This document shows positions 42,343 through 53,530 of a DNA stretch of 64,000 nt, piece by piece. Within the stretch, counting starts at the first letter, position 1. The number at the start of each line of letters is the position of its first letter. Where the stretch lies: the NCBI GenBank assembly GCA_965261005.1, contig OZ253375.1:1344001-1408000 (forward strand). Reading direction: 5' to 3'. Below the pieces are notes generated by a model. The model did not search any database. It was not told the origin of the DNA and was given only the letters and a program-made list of their open reading frames with translations. Source of the DNA: Deinococcus sp. (GTDB lineage: Bacteria; Deinococcota; Deinococci; Deinococcales; Deinococcaceae). The translations under genes and the position numbers were made by a program.

Positions 42343-43209
42343 ATGCCCGACCACAACCCGTTGCCACAACAACCCGGCGGCCCGCCACCGTCCCAAGACC
42401 CGCCCAGCCAGAACCAGGCCAGACCGACCAAGCCCGGTCAGCCCGGTCCCCACGAAGTCGCCAAGCGGGAAACCCTGGCCAAGGCCGACGGACACCAAGC
42501 GCAGCGCGGGCCGAAGGCCCAGGCCAGAACCGAGCGGCAGATCGAGTTGCAGCGGCAAGCCGACATCATTCACTCCAATGAGTCCGCGATTCCCAACTTC
42601 TTGGTGGTGTTTTTCGTGATGTTCGGGCTGTGGGGCGTGTGGTACTTCGCCTTTCACCTGGCCCCGCTGGAACAGCCGGAGCCGCGCTCGGTGCTGGAGG
42701 CCCGGCCGACCGTGGTGAAATCGGCCCAGAACATCGCCGCCGATCCCGCCAACGAGGCCAAGCTCGGCACCTTCAGCCCCACCGGCGAGTTCTCGACCTT
42801 TGACCTGACCCCGGGCACCGCGCAGCTTCAAGTCGGGGCCGCCCTGTTTCAGGGGCGCTGCGCCCAGTGCCACGGCGGCGACGGCCAGGGGCGCGTCGGG
42901 GCGCTGGAGGCGGCCACGCTTCAGGGGGACTCGGTGATCTGGACGCTGCCCCCTGACCGGCTGGCCGAGATGGTGCGCTACGGCTTTGCCGGCCTGATGC
43001 CGCAGTGGGGCAACGACCAAGGCGTGGTCGCCCTTCACAGCGTGGCGGCCTACCTGGGCCAGGTGATGGCCCCGGCCCCCGGGGCGCGCAGCCCCATCAG
43101 CGTCACGCGGGGGGGCGTCAACGCGCGGCAGCCGATCAACACCTTCACCCGGCCCTGGGAACTCGCCGACGGCGAGCGAATCAAGGCGGGGCAAGGCGGG
43201 GACAAGTGA
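42343..43209 (+). CDS. Membrane-anchored mono-heme cytochrome c (CcoP-like)
   Basis: TM segment IPNFL..WGVWY, CAQCH, LMPQWG. Confidence 0.8.
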   Translation: MPDHNPLPQQPGGPPPSQDPPSQNQARPTKPGQPGPHEVAKRETLAKADGHQAQRGPKAQARTERQIELQRQADIIHSNESAIPNFLVVFFVMFGLWGVWYFAFHLAPLEQPEPRSVLEARPTVVKSAQNIAADPANEAKLGTFSPTGEFSTFDLTPGTAQLQVGAALFQGRCAQCHGGDGQGRVGALEAATLQGDSVIWTLPPDRLAEMVRYGFAGLMPQWGNDQGVVALHSVAAYLGQVMAPAPGARSPISVTRGGVNARQPINTFTRPWELADGERIKAGQGGDK

Positions 43210-44330
43210 GGGCCGCGTCGCGTGGGCGCCCTTGGCTGGCCCTCGCCGCCACGTTCATGGCCTTGTGCATGAACGTGGCGCTCGCCGCCCCAAGCGACAC
43301 GCCGCCCAAGGTGCTGTGGCAGGTGGTCGGCCAAGGCTGGGCCGGGGCCTCGGCGGTGGTAGGTGGGGGGGGTGAAGTCTTTCTCGCCGACGCCAAGGGC
43401 GTCGCCTACCGGGTGGACCCGCTGAGCGGCAAGGTGCTGTGGAAGTACGACCTCGACGACCGCCTGCTCTATACCCCGGCGCTGTCGAAGGGCGTCTTGT
43501 ACTTCGGCCGGGTGGGCGAATTGGCGGCCGTTCAATTGAACGGCGACAAGCGGTGGACCAAGCCCATCGACGACTCGCCGGTGCTGTCCCCAGCCATCGG
43601 GCGCGACGGGACCATCTACGCCGCCGGCGGCCCCGACTTCTACGCCGTGACTCCCGGTAACAAGGTGCTGTGGGCGCACAAGACCAAGGCCTTTTACGGC
43701 GGCGCCCCCGTGGTCGCCGCCGACGGCACGGTCTACGTCGGGGCGGGAAATATCCTGCTGGCCCTGGACGCGGGGGGCAAGCTGAGGTGGCAGTACCAAG
43801 CGGGGTCCACCCTGTACGCGAACCCGGCCATCGACGCGGCGGGCAACTTGTACCTCGGCACCGGGTCCGGCCTCGTCTCGCTGGGTTCGTCGGGCAAGCT
43901 GCGCTGGCAGCGCCGGGGGGCGGCCATGACCTCCACCCCGGTGGTCGGCGCGGACGGCCGGGTCTACACCACCGACCAGTCGGGCCGGCTCAGCGCGGTG
44001 AGCCGCGAGGGGAAGACGCTGTGGTCGTTCCACTTGGCGGACTCCATCGGGGGATCGCCCGCCCTGGCCGAGGGCCTCTTGTACGTCGGGGCCAGCGATG
44101 GGCGGCTGCACGCCGTGGATTTGACCGGGCGGGAGCGCTGGTCCGTGCCGCTGGACGGCGCGGTCTTCGGCTCCCCGGTGATCGGGCCGGACGGCCACGT
44201 TTACGTCGGGGCCGGCAAGACCTTTTACGCGCTGGCGACCACGGCGCCGCTGGCCGCCGCCCCTTGGCCGCTGGCCCGGCAAAATCCGGCCGGCGAGGGC
44301 CGCGCGCCCCGTGTAAGGAGAGACAGATGA
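43206..44330 (+). CDS. Secreted PQQ-like beta-propeller repeat protein
   Basis: Signal peptide; about eight repeats of SP.I..DG..Y.G....L.A....G...W; GTG overlapping the upstream stop. Confidence 0.85.
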   Translation: MRAASRGRPWLALAATFMALCMNVALAAPSDTPPKVLWQVVGQGWAGASAVVGGGGEVFLADAKGVAYRVDPLSGKVLWKYDLDDRLLYTPALSKGVLYFGRVGELAAVQLNGDKRWTKPIDDSPVLSPAIGRDGTIYAAGGPDFYAVTPGNKVLWAHKTKAFYGGAPVVAADGTVYVGAGNILLALDAGGKLRWQYQAGSTLYANPAIDAAGNLYLGTGSGLVSLGSSGKLRWQRRGAAMTSTPVVGADGRVYTTDQSGRLSAVSREGKTLWSFHLADSIGGSPALAEGLLYVGASDGRLHAVDLTGRERWSVPLDGAVFGSPVIGPDGHVYVGAGKTFYALATTAPLAAAPWPLARQNPAGEGRAPRVRRDR

Positions 44331-44443
44331 ACGACGCAAAACGCTGGCTGCAAAAAAACTGGAAGATGGTCGTGGGCGTGACGCTGGCCCTGGGCGTCTG
44401 GACCTCTATCGCCGTCAACACCGGCAGCGGGCTGGGCTTTTGA
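44327..44443 (+). CDS. 38-aa single-TM protein
   Basis: TAAGGAG RBS; MNDAKRWLQKNWKMVVGVTLALGVWTSIAVNTGSGLGF; overlaps both neighbours. Confidence 0.65.
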   Translation: MNDAKRWLQKNWKMVVGVTLALGVWTSIAVNTGSGLGF

Positions 44444-45018
44444 TGGGCGTCAAGACGGTCCCTGCGGCCAACCTCATGCGGGGCGCGCTGGGCGTTCTCA
44501 GAACCCAGCTCAGGCTCAGCCACCTGCTGTGGCTGCTGCTCTCGCTGCTCGCGCTGGCGCTCTCGGCCGCGCCGCCGATTGTGGCCAACGCGGTGCGCGA
44601 CGACTCCTTTCACAACGCCGAGCACATGATGATGGCGGTGGCCGGCTTGCTGCTCGGCGTGCCCCTGTCGGGCATCTACCGGCGGCTGGTGAACCTCGCG
44701 GTCAGTCACCGCTTTCCCGGCGTGGGGCACGCGGCGCTGCGCCGGCGCGCCCGCGCCCTGCATTGGTGCTTGCTTGTCGGGATCATGCTGCTCGACCTCG
44801 CCTGCATGTCCCACCCGGTGGACGCCTTTGTGGACCGTTACCCCCTGGCCCACGCCGCCGAACACGTCCTGATCTACGCGCTGTACGCCCTGTTCGGCGG
44901 CGCCCTCTACGCGCTGCTCGAATCGCGCCCGCTGGCTTGGCTGGTCACCTTGTTTTACCTGGTCATGCTGCTGATGTACCTCGCCGACGAAAACACCGTC
45001 ATGAACGTGCAGTTCTAA
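44443..45018 (+). CDS. Membrane protein with two HxxEH motifs (CtaG/DUF1404-like)
   Basis: HNAEH and HAAEH in TM helices, plus SHP. Confidence 0.6.
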   Translation: MGVKTVPAANLMRGALGVLRTQLRLSHLLWLLLSLLALALSAAPPIVANAVRDDSFHNAEHMMMAVAGLLLGVPLSGIYRRLVNLAVSHRFPGVGHAALRRRARALHWCLLVGIMLLDLACMSHPVDAFVDRYPLAHAAEHVLIYALYALFGGALYALLESRPLAWLVTLFYLVMLLMYLADENTVMNVQF

Positions 45019-45055
45019 GCCCCTGAAATCTAGGCGCTTGAAAGAGGAGAAACCC

Positions 45056-45361
45056 GTGAGCGGAGACGTTCGCAAATCCCTGATCGAACGCGAGCTGGAG
45101 CGCGGTTTGAGCGCCTTTCTGGTCGCCCCGACAATTCTGCTGGTCGCGCCGAGCATTCTGGTGCCGCTCTTTCCGGGCCACCTCGCGCCGGTGTTCGCCC
45201 TGAGCTTCGCGGCGGCCATCCTGAGCTACCTCGCGCTGTCGCGGCGCTGGCTGCGCCGGGCGGGCCGCGATCTCCTGGAATTCGGCGGCTGGAAAGCCTT
45301 GCTCTTTTGGCTGGTCCTGACCTCGCTGATCCTGGGCCTGGTCAACTGGGCCTGGACGTGA
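45056..45361 (+). CDS. Hypothetical membrane protein
   Basis: GAGGAG RBS before GTG 45056; about three TM helices. Confidence 0.6.
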   Translation: MSGDVRKSLIERELERGLSAFLVAPTILLVAPSILVPLFPGHLAPVFALSFAAAILSYLALSRRWLRRAGRDLLEFGGWKALLFWLVLTSLILGLVNWAWT

Positions 45362-45879
45362 CGCGGCGATACGTGGCCCTGCTGCGCGGCGTCAACGTGA
45401 ACGGCGTCAACATCAAGATGGCCGACCTCGCGGCGGCGTTCGGGGAATTGGGCTTTGAAGGCGTTCGCACGATCCTGGCGAGCGGGAACGTGCTGTTTGG
45501 GGCCGAGGACGGCGCCAATTTGAAGGGGTGCATCGAGACGGCGCTGAGCGGCACCTTCGGCTATCAAGCCCGCGTGGTCGTGCTGGACCTGGACGCGCTG
45601 CGGCGCGCCGTGGACGCCTACCCCTTTGAACGTGAAAGGGAGGGCTGGCACGCCTACGTCGTGTTCTCCTCTGACGCCAAGCTGCTGAAAGAATTGCTGA
45701 CCGTGGGGGGCGAGCTGGACCCGGAGACCGAGCGCATTGACTCTGGAGACCAAGTGCTGTACTGGGAAGTCGTGCGCGGCAAGACAACCGGCAGCGCCTT
45801 TGGCAAGCTGCTCGGCAAGGCGCGCTTCGGGGCGACCACCACCCGCAACCTCAACACGTTGGACAAGCTGCTCACCTGA
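45358..45879 (+). CDS. DUF1697 family protein
   Basis: YVALLRGVNV, T.LASGNV, TTRNLNT. Confidence 0.9.
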   Translation: MTRRYVALLRGVNVNGVNIKMADLAAAFGELGFEGVRTILASGNVLFGAEDGANLKGCIETALSGTFGYQARVVVLDLDALRRAVDAYPFEREREGWHAYVVFSSDAKLLKELLTVGGELDPETERIDSGDQVLYWEVVRGKTTGSAFGKLLGKARFGATTTRNLNTLDKLLT

Positions 45880-45900
45880 CGCGCCCGTATGATGGCTGTC

Positions 45901-47019
45901 ATGACCGCCATTACTCTGGAGAGCGCCGAACTGCGCCTGCTCGAACTGCCCCTCAAGTTCCGCTTCGAGACCTCCTTCGGCGTGCAGACAAAGCGCACCA
46001 TTCTGCTGTTGACGCTGCGCGCGGGCGGCCTGGAGGGCTACGGCGAGGGCGTGATGGAGGTGCTGCCCGCCTACCGCGAGGAGGTGGTGGCGGGGGCCGA
46101 GTATCTATTGCGCGAGGTGTTTCTGCCGGGGGTGCTGGGCAAGACCTTTGGCGGCCCGGCCGCATTGGAAGCTGAGCTGGCCCCCTACCGCGGCAACCGC
46201 ATGGCGAAGGCGGTGCTGGAGATGGCCTTTTGGGATTTGTGGGCGCGCAGTCTGAACGTGCCGCTGGCGCGGCTGCTGGGCGGCGCGCGGGACAAGGTGC
46301 CGGTGGGCGTCTCGCTGGGCATCCAGCCGAGCGTGGAGGCGACCCTGGAGGCGGTCGCTCGGCACGCCGAGCAGGGGTATAAGCGGGTCAAGCTCAAGAT
46401 CAAGCCGGGCTGGGACGTGACGCCGCTGAGCGCGGTTCGGGCCGCCTTTCCGGGGCTGACCCTGACGGTAGACGCCAACAGCGCCTACAGCCTCGCCGAC
46501 GCGCGGGTGTTCGCCGCCCTCGACGAATTGGACCTCGACTACATCGAGCAGCCGCTGGCCTACGACGATTTGCACGACCACGCCCGCTTGCAGGCCATGA
46601 TCCGCACGCCGCTGTGCCTCGACGAAAGCATTCTGAGCGCGGCGGACGCCCGCAAGGCCCTGGCTACGGACGCCGGGCGGGTCATCAACGTGAAGCCGGC
46701 CCGGCTGGGCGGCCACGCCGAGTCGGTGCGCGTTCACGCCGTCGCCGGGAGCTTCGGGGCGCCGCTGTGGATGGGCGGCATGCTGGAGGCGGGCGTGGGC
46801 CGGGCGCACAACATTCACCTGGCGACCTTGCCCGGCTTCAGCAAGCCCGGCGACGTGGCGAGCGCCAGCCGCTATTGGGCGCGCGACATCGTGAACGAAC
46901 CGTTGGAGGCAGAAAATGGCGAGATGCCGCTGCCCACGGGACCCGGCATCGGCGTGACGCTGAACCGCGCGGTGCTGCAAGACGTCACCCGGCACGTTCA
47001 GGAGCTGCGCCCGAGTTGA
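45901..47019 (+). CDS. menC: o-succinylbenzoate synthase / N-succinylamino acid racemase
   Basis: FETSFG, GVSLG, KLKIKP, DAN, EQP, DES, K..R.GG, GGMLE, GD.SAS.RY. Confidence 0.92.
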   Translation: MTAITLESAELRLLELPLKFRFETSFGVQTKRTILLLTLRAGGLEGYGEGVMEVLPAYREEVVAGAEYLLREVFLPGVLGKTFGGPAALEAELAPYRGNRMAKAVLEMAFWDLWARSLNVPLARLLGGARDKVPVGVSLGIQPSVEATLEAVARHAEQGYKRVKLKIKPGWDVTPLSAVRAAFPGLTLTVDANSAYSLADARVFAALDELDLDYIEQPLAYDDLHDHARLQAMIRTPLCLDESILSAADARKALATDAGRVINVKPARLGGHAESVRVHAVAGSFGAPLWMGGMLEAGVGRAHNIHLATLPGFSKPGDVASASRYWARDIVNEPLEAENGEMPLPTGPGIGVTLNRAVLQDVTRHVQELRPS

Positions 47020-47816
47020 ACGGCCCAATTTTAAACGACCTGGAGGTGCGCGAGCTTTCCGCCGCCCGTGACGGCGAGGCGGTCGAGGAGCTGCAACTGG
47101 CCGTGTGGGGCCGCCGCGAGCGCGAGGTGGTCTCGCGCGACATGCTGGTCGCCCTGCAACTGGAGGGCGCGCTGATCGCGGGCGCCTTTGTGGGAAACGA
47201 AATGGTCGGCTTCGTGTTCAGCTTCCCGACCCGCGACGCCCACGTGCAGCACTCGCACATGCTGGCGGTGCTGCCGCCCCACCGGGGCGGGCCGGCGGCC
47301 CTGGCGCTCAAGAGATTCCAGCGCGAATGGTGCCTGACGCGCGGCGTGAAAAAGCTGGTCTGGACCTTCGACCCGCTGCGCGCCCGCAACGCCAACTTCA
47401 ACCTACGCAAACTGGGCGCGACCTTTCGGACGTACCACCGCGATTTGTACGGCCCCATGACCGGCATCAACGCCGGCACCGACTCCGACCGGGCGCTGGC
47501 CGAGTGGGACTTGCAGGGCCAAAGCGCTTTGAAGGCCCTCGAAGGCACCCTGCCCGAGCCGGACTGGGCGGGCGTGCCGACCATCAACCCGCAGGGGCTA
47601 AGCGGGGTCGACTTTTCAGACGCACCCGAACTGCGCTTCGCCATTCCAAGCGACTTTGGCGCGCTGCTGGGAACGGATCCCGACCTCGCCCGGCGCTGGC
47701 GGCTGCACGGGCGCGCGGCGCTGGAGGACGCCTTCGCGCGGGGCTACGCGGCGGTGGGCTTCGGGCGGGAAGGCGGGAACGCTTACCTGCTGCGGCTCAG
47801 CGACCCAGTCTGTTAA
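47016..47816 (+). CDS. GNAT acyltransferase (putative amino acid N-succinyltransferase)
   Basis: [17 protein letters not shown]...NA.FN..KLG, G..SDR; coupled to the NSAR/OSBS gene. Confidence 0.8.
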   Translation: MNGPILNDLEVRELSAARDGEAVEELQLAVWGRREREVVSRDMLVALQLEGALIAGAFVGNEMVGFVFSFPTRDAHVQHSHMLAVLPPHRGGPAALALKRFQREWCLTRGVKKLVWTFDPLRARNANFNLRKLGATFRTYHRDLYGPMTGINAGTDSDRALAEWDLQGQSALKALEGTLPEPDWAGVPTINPQGLSGVDFSDAPELRFAIPSDFGALLGTDPDLARRWRLHGRAALEDAFARGYAAVGFGREGGNAYLLRLSDPVC

Positions 47817-48604
47817 CGGCCCACCGGCCCGAGGCGCCGCTCCAGAATGCCCGTAAAAAAGGTCAGCACGGTGGTCAGCGCCAGGTAGACGGCGGCGATG
47901 GTGGTCAGGACCGGGATGGGCACAAAGGTCTCGGCCGACACCCGCTGCCCGACCAGCGTCAGCTCCAAGAGGGCGATCGAGGAGGCCAGCGAGGAGTCCT
48001 TGAGGAGGGCCACCAGGTTGTTCACCAGGGGCGGCACCACGATGCGAAAGGCCTGCGGCAACACCACGCTGGTCAGCGTCTGAAAGCCCGACAGGCCCAG
48101 CGAGCGCGACGCCTCGTTCTGCCCCCTCGGCACCGCCTGAATGCCGGCGCGGATCACCTCGGCGTTGTAGGCGCCCACGTTGAGGGACAGCGCCAGCATG
48201 GCCGAGTAAAACTCGTTGAGGCTGACCGACCCCAGCCCGAGTGCCGACAGCAGCTGCGGCAAGGCGTTGTACACGAAGAGAATCTGCACCAGGAGGGGTG
48301 TGCCGCGCACCACCCAGATCACGAACCCGGCCGGCGCCCGCGCGATCCACAAACGCGATAAGCGCATCAAGCCCAGCAGCACGCCGATTCCAAGGCCGAT
48401 GGCGCCCGACGTGACGGTGAGCGACAGCGTGACCCGCGCTCCCTCCACGAACAGGTCCGAGCGCGACCCAATCGGCTCGGGCGCGAAGCGCAGCACGAAG
48501 GTCAGCAGGGAGAAGAAGAGGTAAAAGACGGCCGCCGCCCCCAGCAGCAGCAAGGCGTGACCCGCCGGCGACAGCGGCGAGGCGCGCGAAAAGGACCTCA
48601 GCAC
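47813..48604 (-). CDS. Polar amino acid ABC permease
   Basis: RGTPLLVQ, AEVIRAG, GQNEA, LLKDSS. Confidence 0.93.
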   Translation of the reverse strand: MLRSFSRASPLSPAGHALLLLGAAAVFYLFFSLLTFVLRFAPEPIGSRSDLFVEGARVTLSLTVTSGAIGLGIGVLLGLMRLSRLWIARAPAGFVIWVVRGTPLLVQILFVYNALPQLLSALGLGSVSLNEFYSAMLALSLNVGAYNAEVIRAGIQAVPRGQNEASRSLGLSGFQTLTSVVLPQAFRIVVPPLVNNLVALLKDSSLASSIALLELTLVGQRVSAETFVPIPVLTTIAAVYLALTTVLTFFTGILERRLGPVGR

Positions 48605-48619
48605 GCGCTACATGTCTTG

Positions 48620-48660
48620 CTCCCCTCTCCCGCAAGGGGAGAGGGGCCGGGGGTGAGGGG
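48620..48660. repeat. REP-like palindrome, copy 4
   Basis: CCCCTCTCCC-GCAAG-GGGAGAGGGG-CCGGGGGTGAGGGG. Confidence 0.7.
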
Positions 48661-48705
48661 ACCACCGAACACGCTAGAAGAACAGTTCTCTACCAGACCC
48701 CCGCC

Positions 48706-49458
48706 TCACTTGCAGCGGACGTCCTGGCCGAAGTACTGGTCGCTGATCTTAGCGTAGGTGCCGTCCTTTTCCAGCGCGGCGAGGGCGTCGTTGAGGGCCG
48801 CTTTCAGCGAGGTGTCGCCCTTTTTGACGGCCATGCCGATCTTTTCCTGAAACAGAAAGTCCCCCTGCTGAAACTTGCCGGGGTTGGCCTTGAGGGCGTC
48901 CAGGACCACGAACTTGTCGCTCACCCAGGCGTCGCCGCGATTCGAGAGCAGCGCCTGAATGGCGTCGGTGTCCTTGGGATAGGTCTTGACGTCGCCCACG
49001 CCGGGCACCTTCTTGACGTTGTCGAGGTAGGTGGTGCCGACCTGCACCAACACGGTCTTGCCCTTCAAATCGGCGGCCGTCTTGGCGCCGCCGGGCTTGG
49101 CCACGACCACGCCGCCGGTGCAGTAGTGCGGACTCGTGAAGTCCACCGCCTTTTCACGCTCGGGCGTGATGCCGTGCGAGGCGATCACGAAGTCGTAGCG
49201 GTTCTGGTCGAGGCCGATCAGGAGGGAGTCGAAGGGCTGCGTGACCCACTTGGTTTTAAAGCCCAACTGCTTGGCGATGGCGTTGCCGAGGTCCACCTCG
49301 AAGCCGGTCAGCTTGTTGCCCTCGAAGTAGTTGAAGGGCTTAAAGGCGCCCTCGGTCGCGATGATCATGGTGCCGTCCTTTTTGATCTCGTCCAGGGTGC
49401 GCGCGGACGCGCTGGCGCCGAGGGCGAGGGCGGTCATCAGCAGCAGGGTCTTGGTCAT
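48706..49458 (-). CDS. Amino acid ABC substrate-binding protein (cystine-like)
   Basis: Signal peptide, TEG.F.PF, GFEVD, ITPER...DF; AAGGAG RBS. Confidence 0.92.
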   Translation of the reverse strand: MTKTLLLMTALALGASASARTLDEIKKDGTMIIATEGAFKPFNYFEGNKLTGFEVDLGNAIAKQLGFKTKWVTQPFDSLLIGLDQNRYDFVIASHGITPEREKAVDFTSPHYCTGGVVVAKPGGAKTAADLKGKTVLVQVGTTYLDNVKKVPGVGDVKTYPKDTDAIQALLSNRGDAWVSDKFVVLDALKANPGKFQQGDFLFQEKIGMAVKKGDTSLKAALNDALAALEKDGTYAKISDQYFGQDVRCK

Positions 49459-49505
49459 CTTTCTCCTTATGTTCCCAAATTGGCCCACTCTAGCCGAAGG
49501 AAATG

Positions 49506-49545
49506 AAAAAAGACAGCCGCGCCGGAAACGGTGTTCCGGCGCGGC
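49506..49545 (-). terminator. Intrinsic terminator after the sugar ABC ATPase
   Basis: 12-bp stem GCCGCGCCGGAA/TTCCGGCGCGGC followed on the minus strand by a U-rich tract. Confidence 0.7.
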
Positions 49546-49556
49546 GTAGGCGGTAT

Positions 49557-50750
<1,194 letters not shown>

Positions 50751-50880
50751 GTTCTTCACCGTCCCATCTCTCGCCCGTGAACGTCCTCGGGCGACCGGGA
50801 TTGATACGAGAGGGCCTGGGGTTTCCGCTTACGAATTGTCCGACACGCCAAGGATAACACGTTCTTTAGAAGCTGGAACT

Positions 50881-51525
50881 TCAGAAGCTGAAGATGCCGC
50901 CCGTGCGAACGGCCTCGTAGTACGTGAACGCCGCCACGTAGCAGGCGGGGCGCTTGTACCACGACTTGGCCGCGCAGACGCCGTCCATGTTGTGGTGGAA
51001 GTTCTGGTCGGTCGCCTTGCGGTTGGCGTCGGTGCGCTCCCAGACCTTCAGGTTGCGGTAGCCGAAGTCGTGGACGTTGCAGGCCGGCCGGAAGTCCTCG
51101 CGGTAGCCGAGGCCCAGCCCGTCCGGGGCGCTGCACCCGTCGCGGGTCCAGTCCAAACCCGCGTAAGGCAGAGGAGTTCCAGAAAAGCTGGCGTACTGGC
51201 CGTCGTAACTGGGCACGCCGCCCCAAGCCAGCACCTTGATGTAGGAAAGGCGGTCTTCGGACAGGCCCAGGCTGCGCGTGGCGGGCGCCAGTTCGGGGGG
51301 CCGCTCGCCGTAGGCGGTTTGCAGGGCCGCCAGCAACCCCGGATGGTCCGCGTAGCGCGCCAGGATGGCCTGGCTGTCCGCGTCCTGCAATTCCGGCCGG
51401 TCCCGGTAGGCGGCCACGCTGTTCGGGGCGGGAACACCGTCCTGAGCGGGAAGCTTCACCTGTTGGCCGCACGCGGCCAGTAGCCCGGCCGCCGCGACGC
51501 CCAACGCCATCATGCCCTTGTTCAT
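50881..51525 (-). CDS. Prokaryotic phospholipase A2 lipoprotein
   Basis: Lipobox [31 protein letters not shown]. Confidence 0.88.
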   Translation of the reverse strand: MNKGMMALGVAAAGLLAACGQQVKLPAQDGVPAPNSVAAYRDRPELQDADSQAILARYADHPGLLAALQTAYGERPPELAPATRSLGLSEDRLSYIKVLAWGGVPSYDGQYASFSGTPLPYAGLDWTRDGCSAPDGLGLGYREDFRPACNVHDFGYRNLKVWERTDANRKATDQNFHHNMDGVCAAKSWYKRPACYVAAFTYYEAVRTGGIFSF

Positions 51526-51631
51526 GTTCGCCTCCCGAGTGGATCACCGACGGTTCGTGACGTTCGTATTGTCCGGCCGAATGGTCTGAAGATGATTATG
51601 AAGCGGCGGTGGCCCCTTAAATGACCACCGC

Positions 51632-52360
51632 TCAGCCCGCCACCGCCCGCAGCGCCTCCGGCGTGAAGCGCTGCCCGGTGGCGTGTTCCAGCTGCAAGCC
51701 CAGGCGCAGGGCGGGCAAGTCGGCCGCGCCCAGCGCCGGCACGGCCGCGCGCTGAACGGAGCCGGTCAAGTCGAGCAGGGTATGAACGGGGTGCAGCACC
51801 CCCGGCGGCAACGTCCCCGAGGCCAGCACCACGAGGTCGGCGCGCTCGGCCAGGGCGGGCAGGGCGAGGTCGGTTGCCGCGACGGCGTGGCCGGTGACGC
51901 CGGCGGGCAGGCCGGGCAGGGCGGCTCCCGCCTCGGGCCGGCTGGGCGCGGCGATGAGCACGCTGAGCGCGCCCAGCCGGACCAAGCCCAGCGCGGCGAT
52001 CAGGGCCGGCCCCTCCCCAACGACCAGCAGCCGCGCGCCACGAACCGCGTAGCCGCTTTCCTCGACCAGGCGGCGCAGGGCGTCTTCTAAGGTGTGGGTG
52101 GCGTTCAGGTTGCCCGCCAGCGACAACGCGTCGGCGCGGTTCAGCTTGTGGGCCGCGCCGTCGGGCTTGACGTGGGGATAGACGGCCTCCTCACATTCCG
52201 GCGCGATCAGGGCGCCCGCGAAGCGCAGGGTCTGGGCGGCCCCCAACACCCGGGCGAGGTCGTGGGTGGGCACGCTCAGCGCCACCAAGCCCAAGCCCCG
52301 CAGCGCGCGGGCCAGCTCGGGGCCGTGGCCGATCAGGGCCAGCGGCGCCTCAGAGATCAC
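51632..52360 (-). CDS. Shikimate-dehydrogenase-like protein, degenerate
   Basis: LALIG, L.FAGA, a Rossmann-like segment and QLE.ATG C-terminus; catalytic motifs eroded. Confidence 0.55.
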   Translation of the reverse strand: MISEAPLALIGHGPELARALRGLGLVALSVPTHDLARVLGAAQTLRFAGALIAPECEEAVYPHVKPDGAAHKLNRADALSLAGNLNATHTLEDALRRLVEESGYAVRGARLLVVGEGPALIAALGLVRLGALSVLIAAPSRPEAGAALPGLPAGVTGHAVAATDLALPALAERADLVVLASGTLPPGVLHPVHTLLDLTGSVQRAAVPALGAADLPALRLGLQLEHATGQRFTPEALRAVAG

Positions 52361-52387
52361 AGCAGGCCCCTTTTCACAAAATAGCTT

Positions 52388-53455
<1,068 letters not shown>

Positions 53456-53530
53456 GGGCGGATTGTAGCGCCTTCACGCCACCTTTTTTGAAGTGGCCCA
53501 GGTGCGGTGGCCTTGCGCTAGAGTGGCGGC

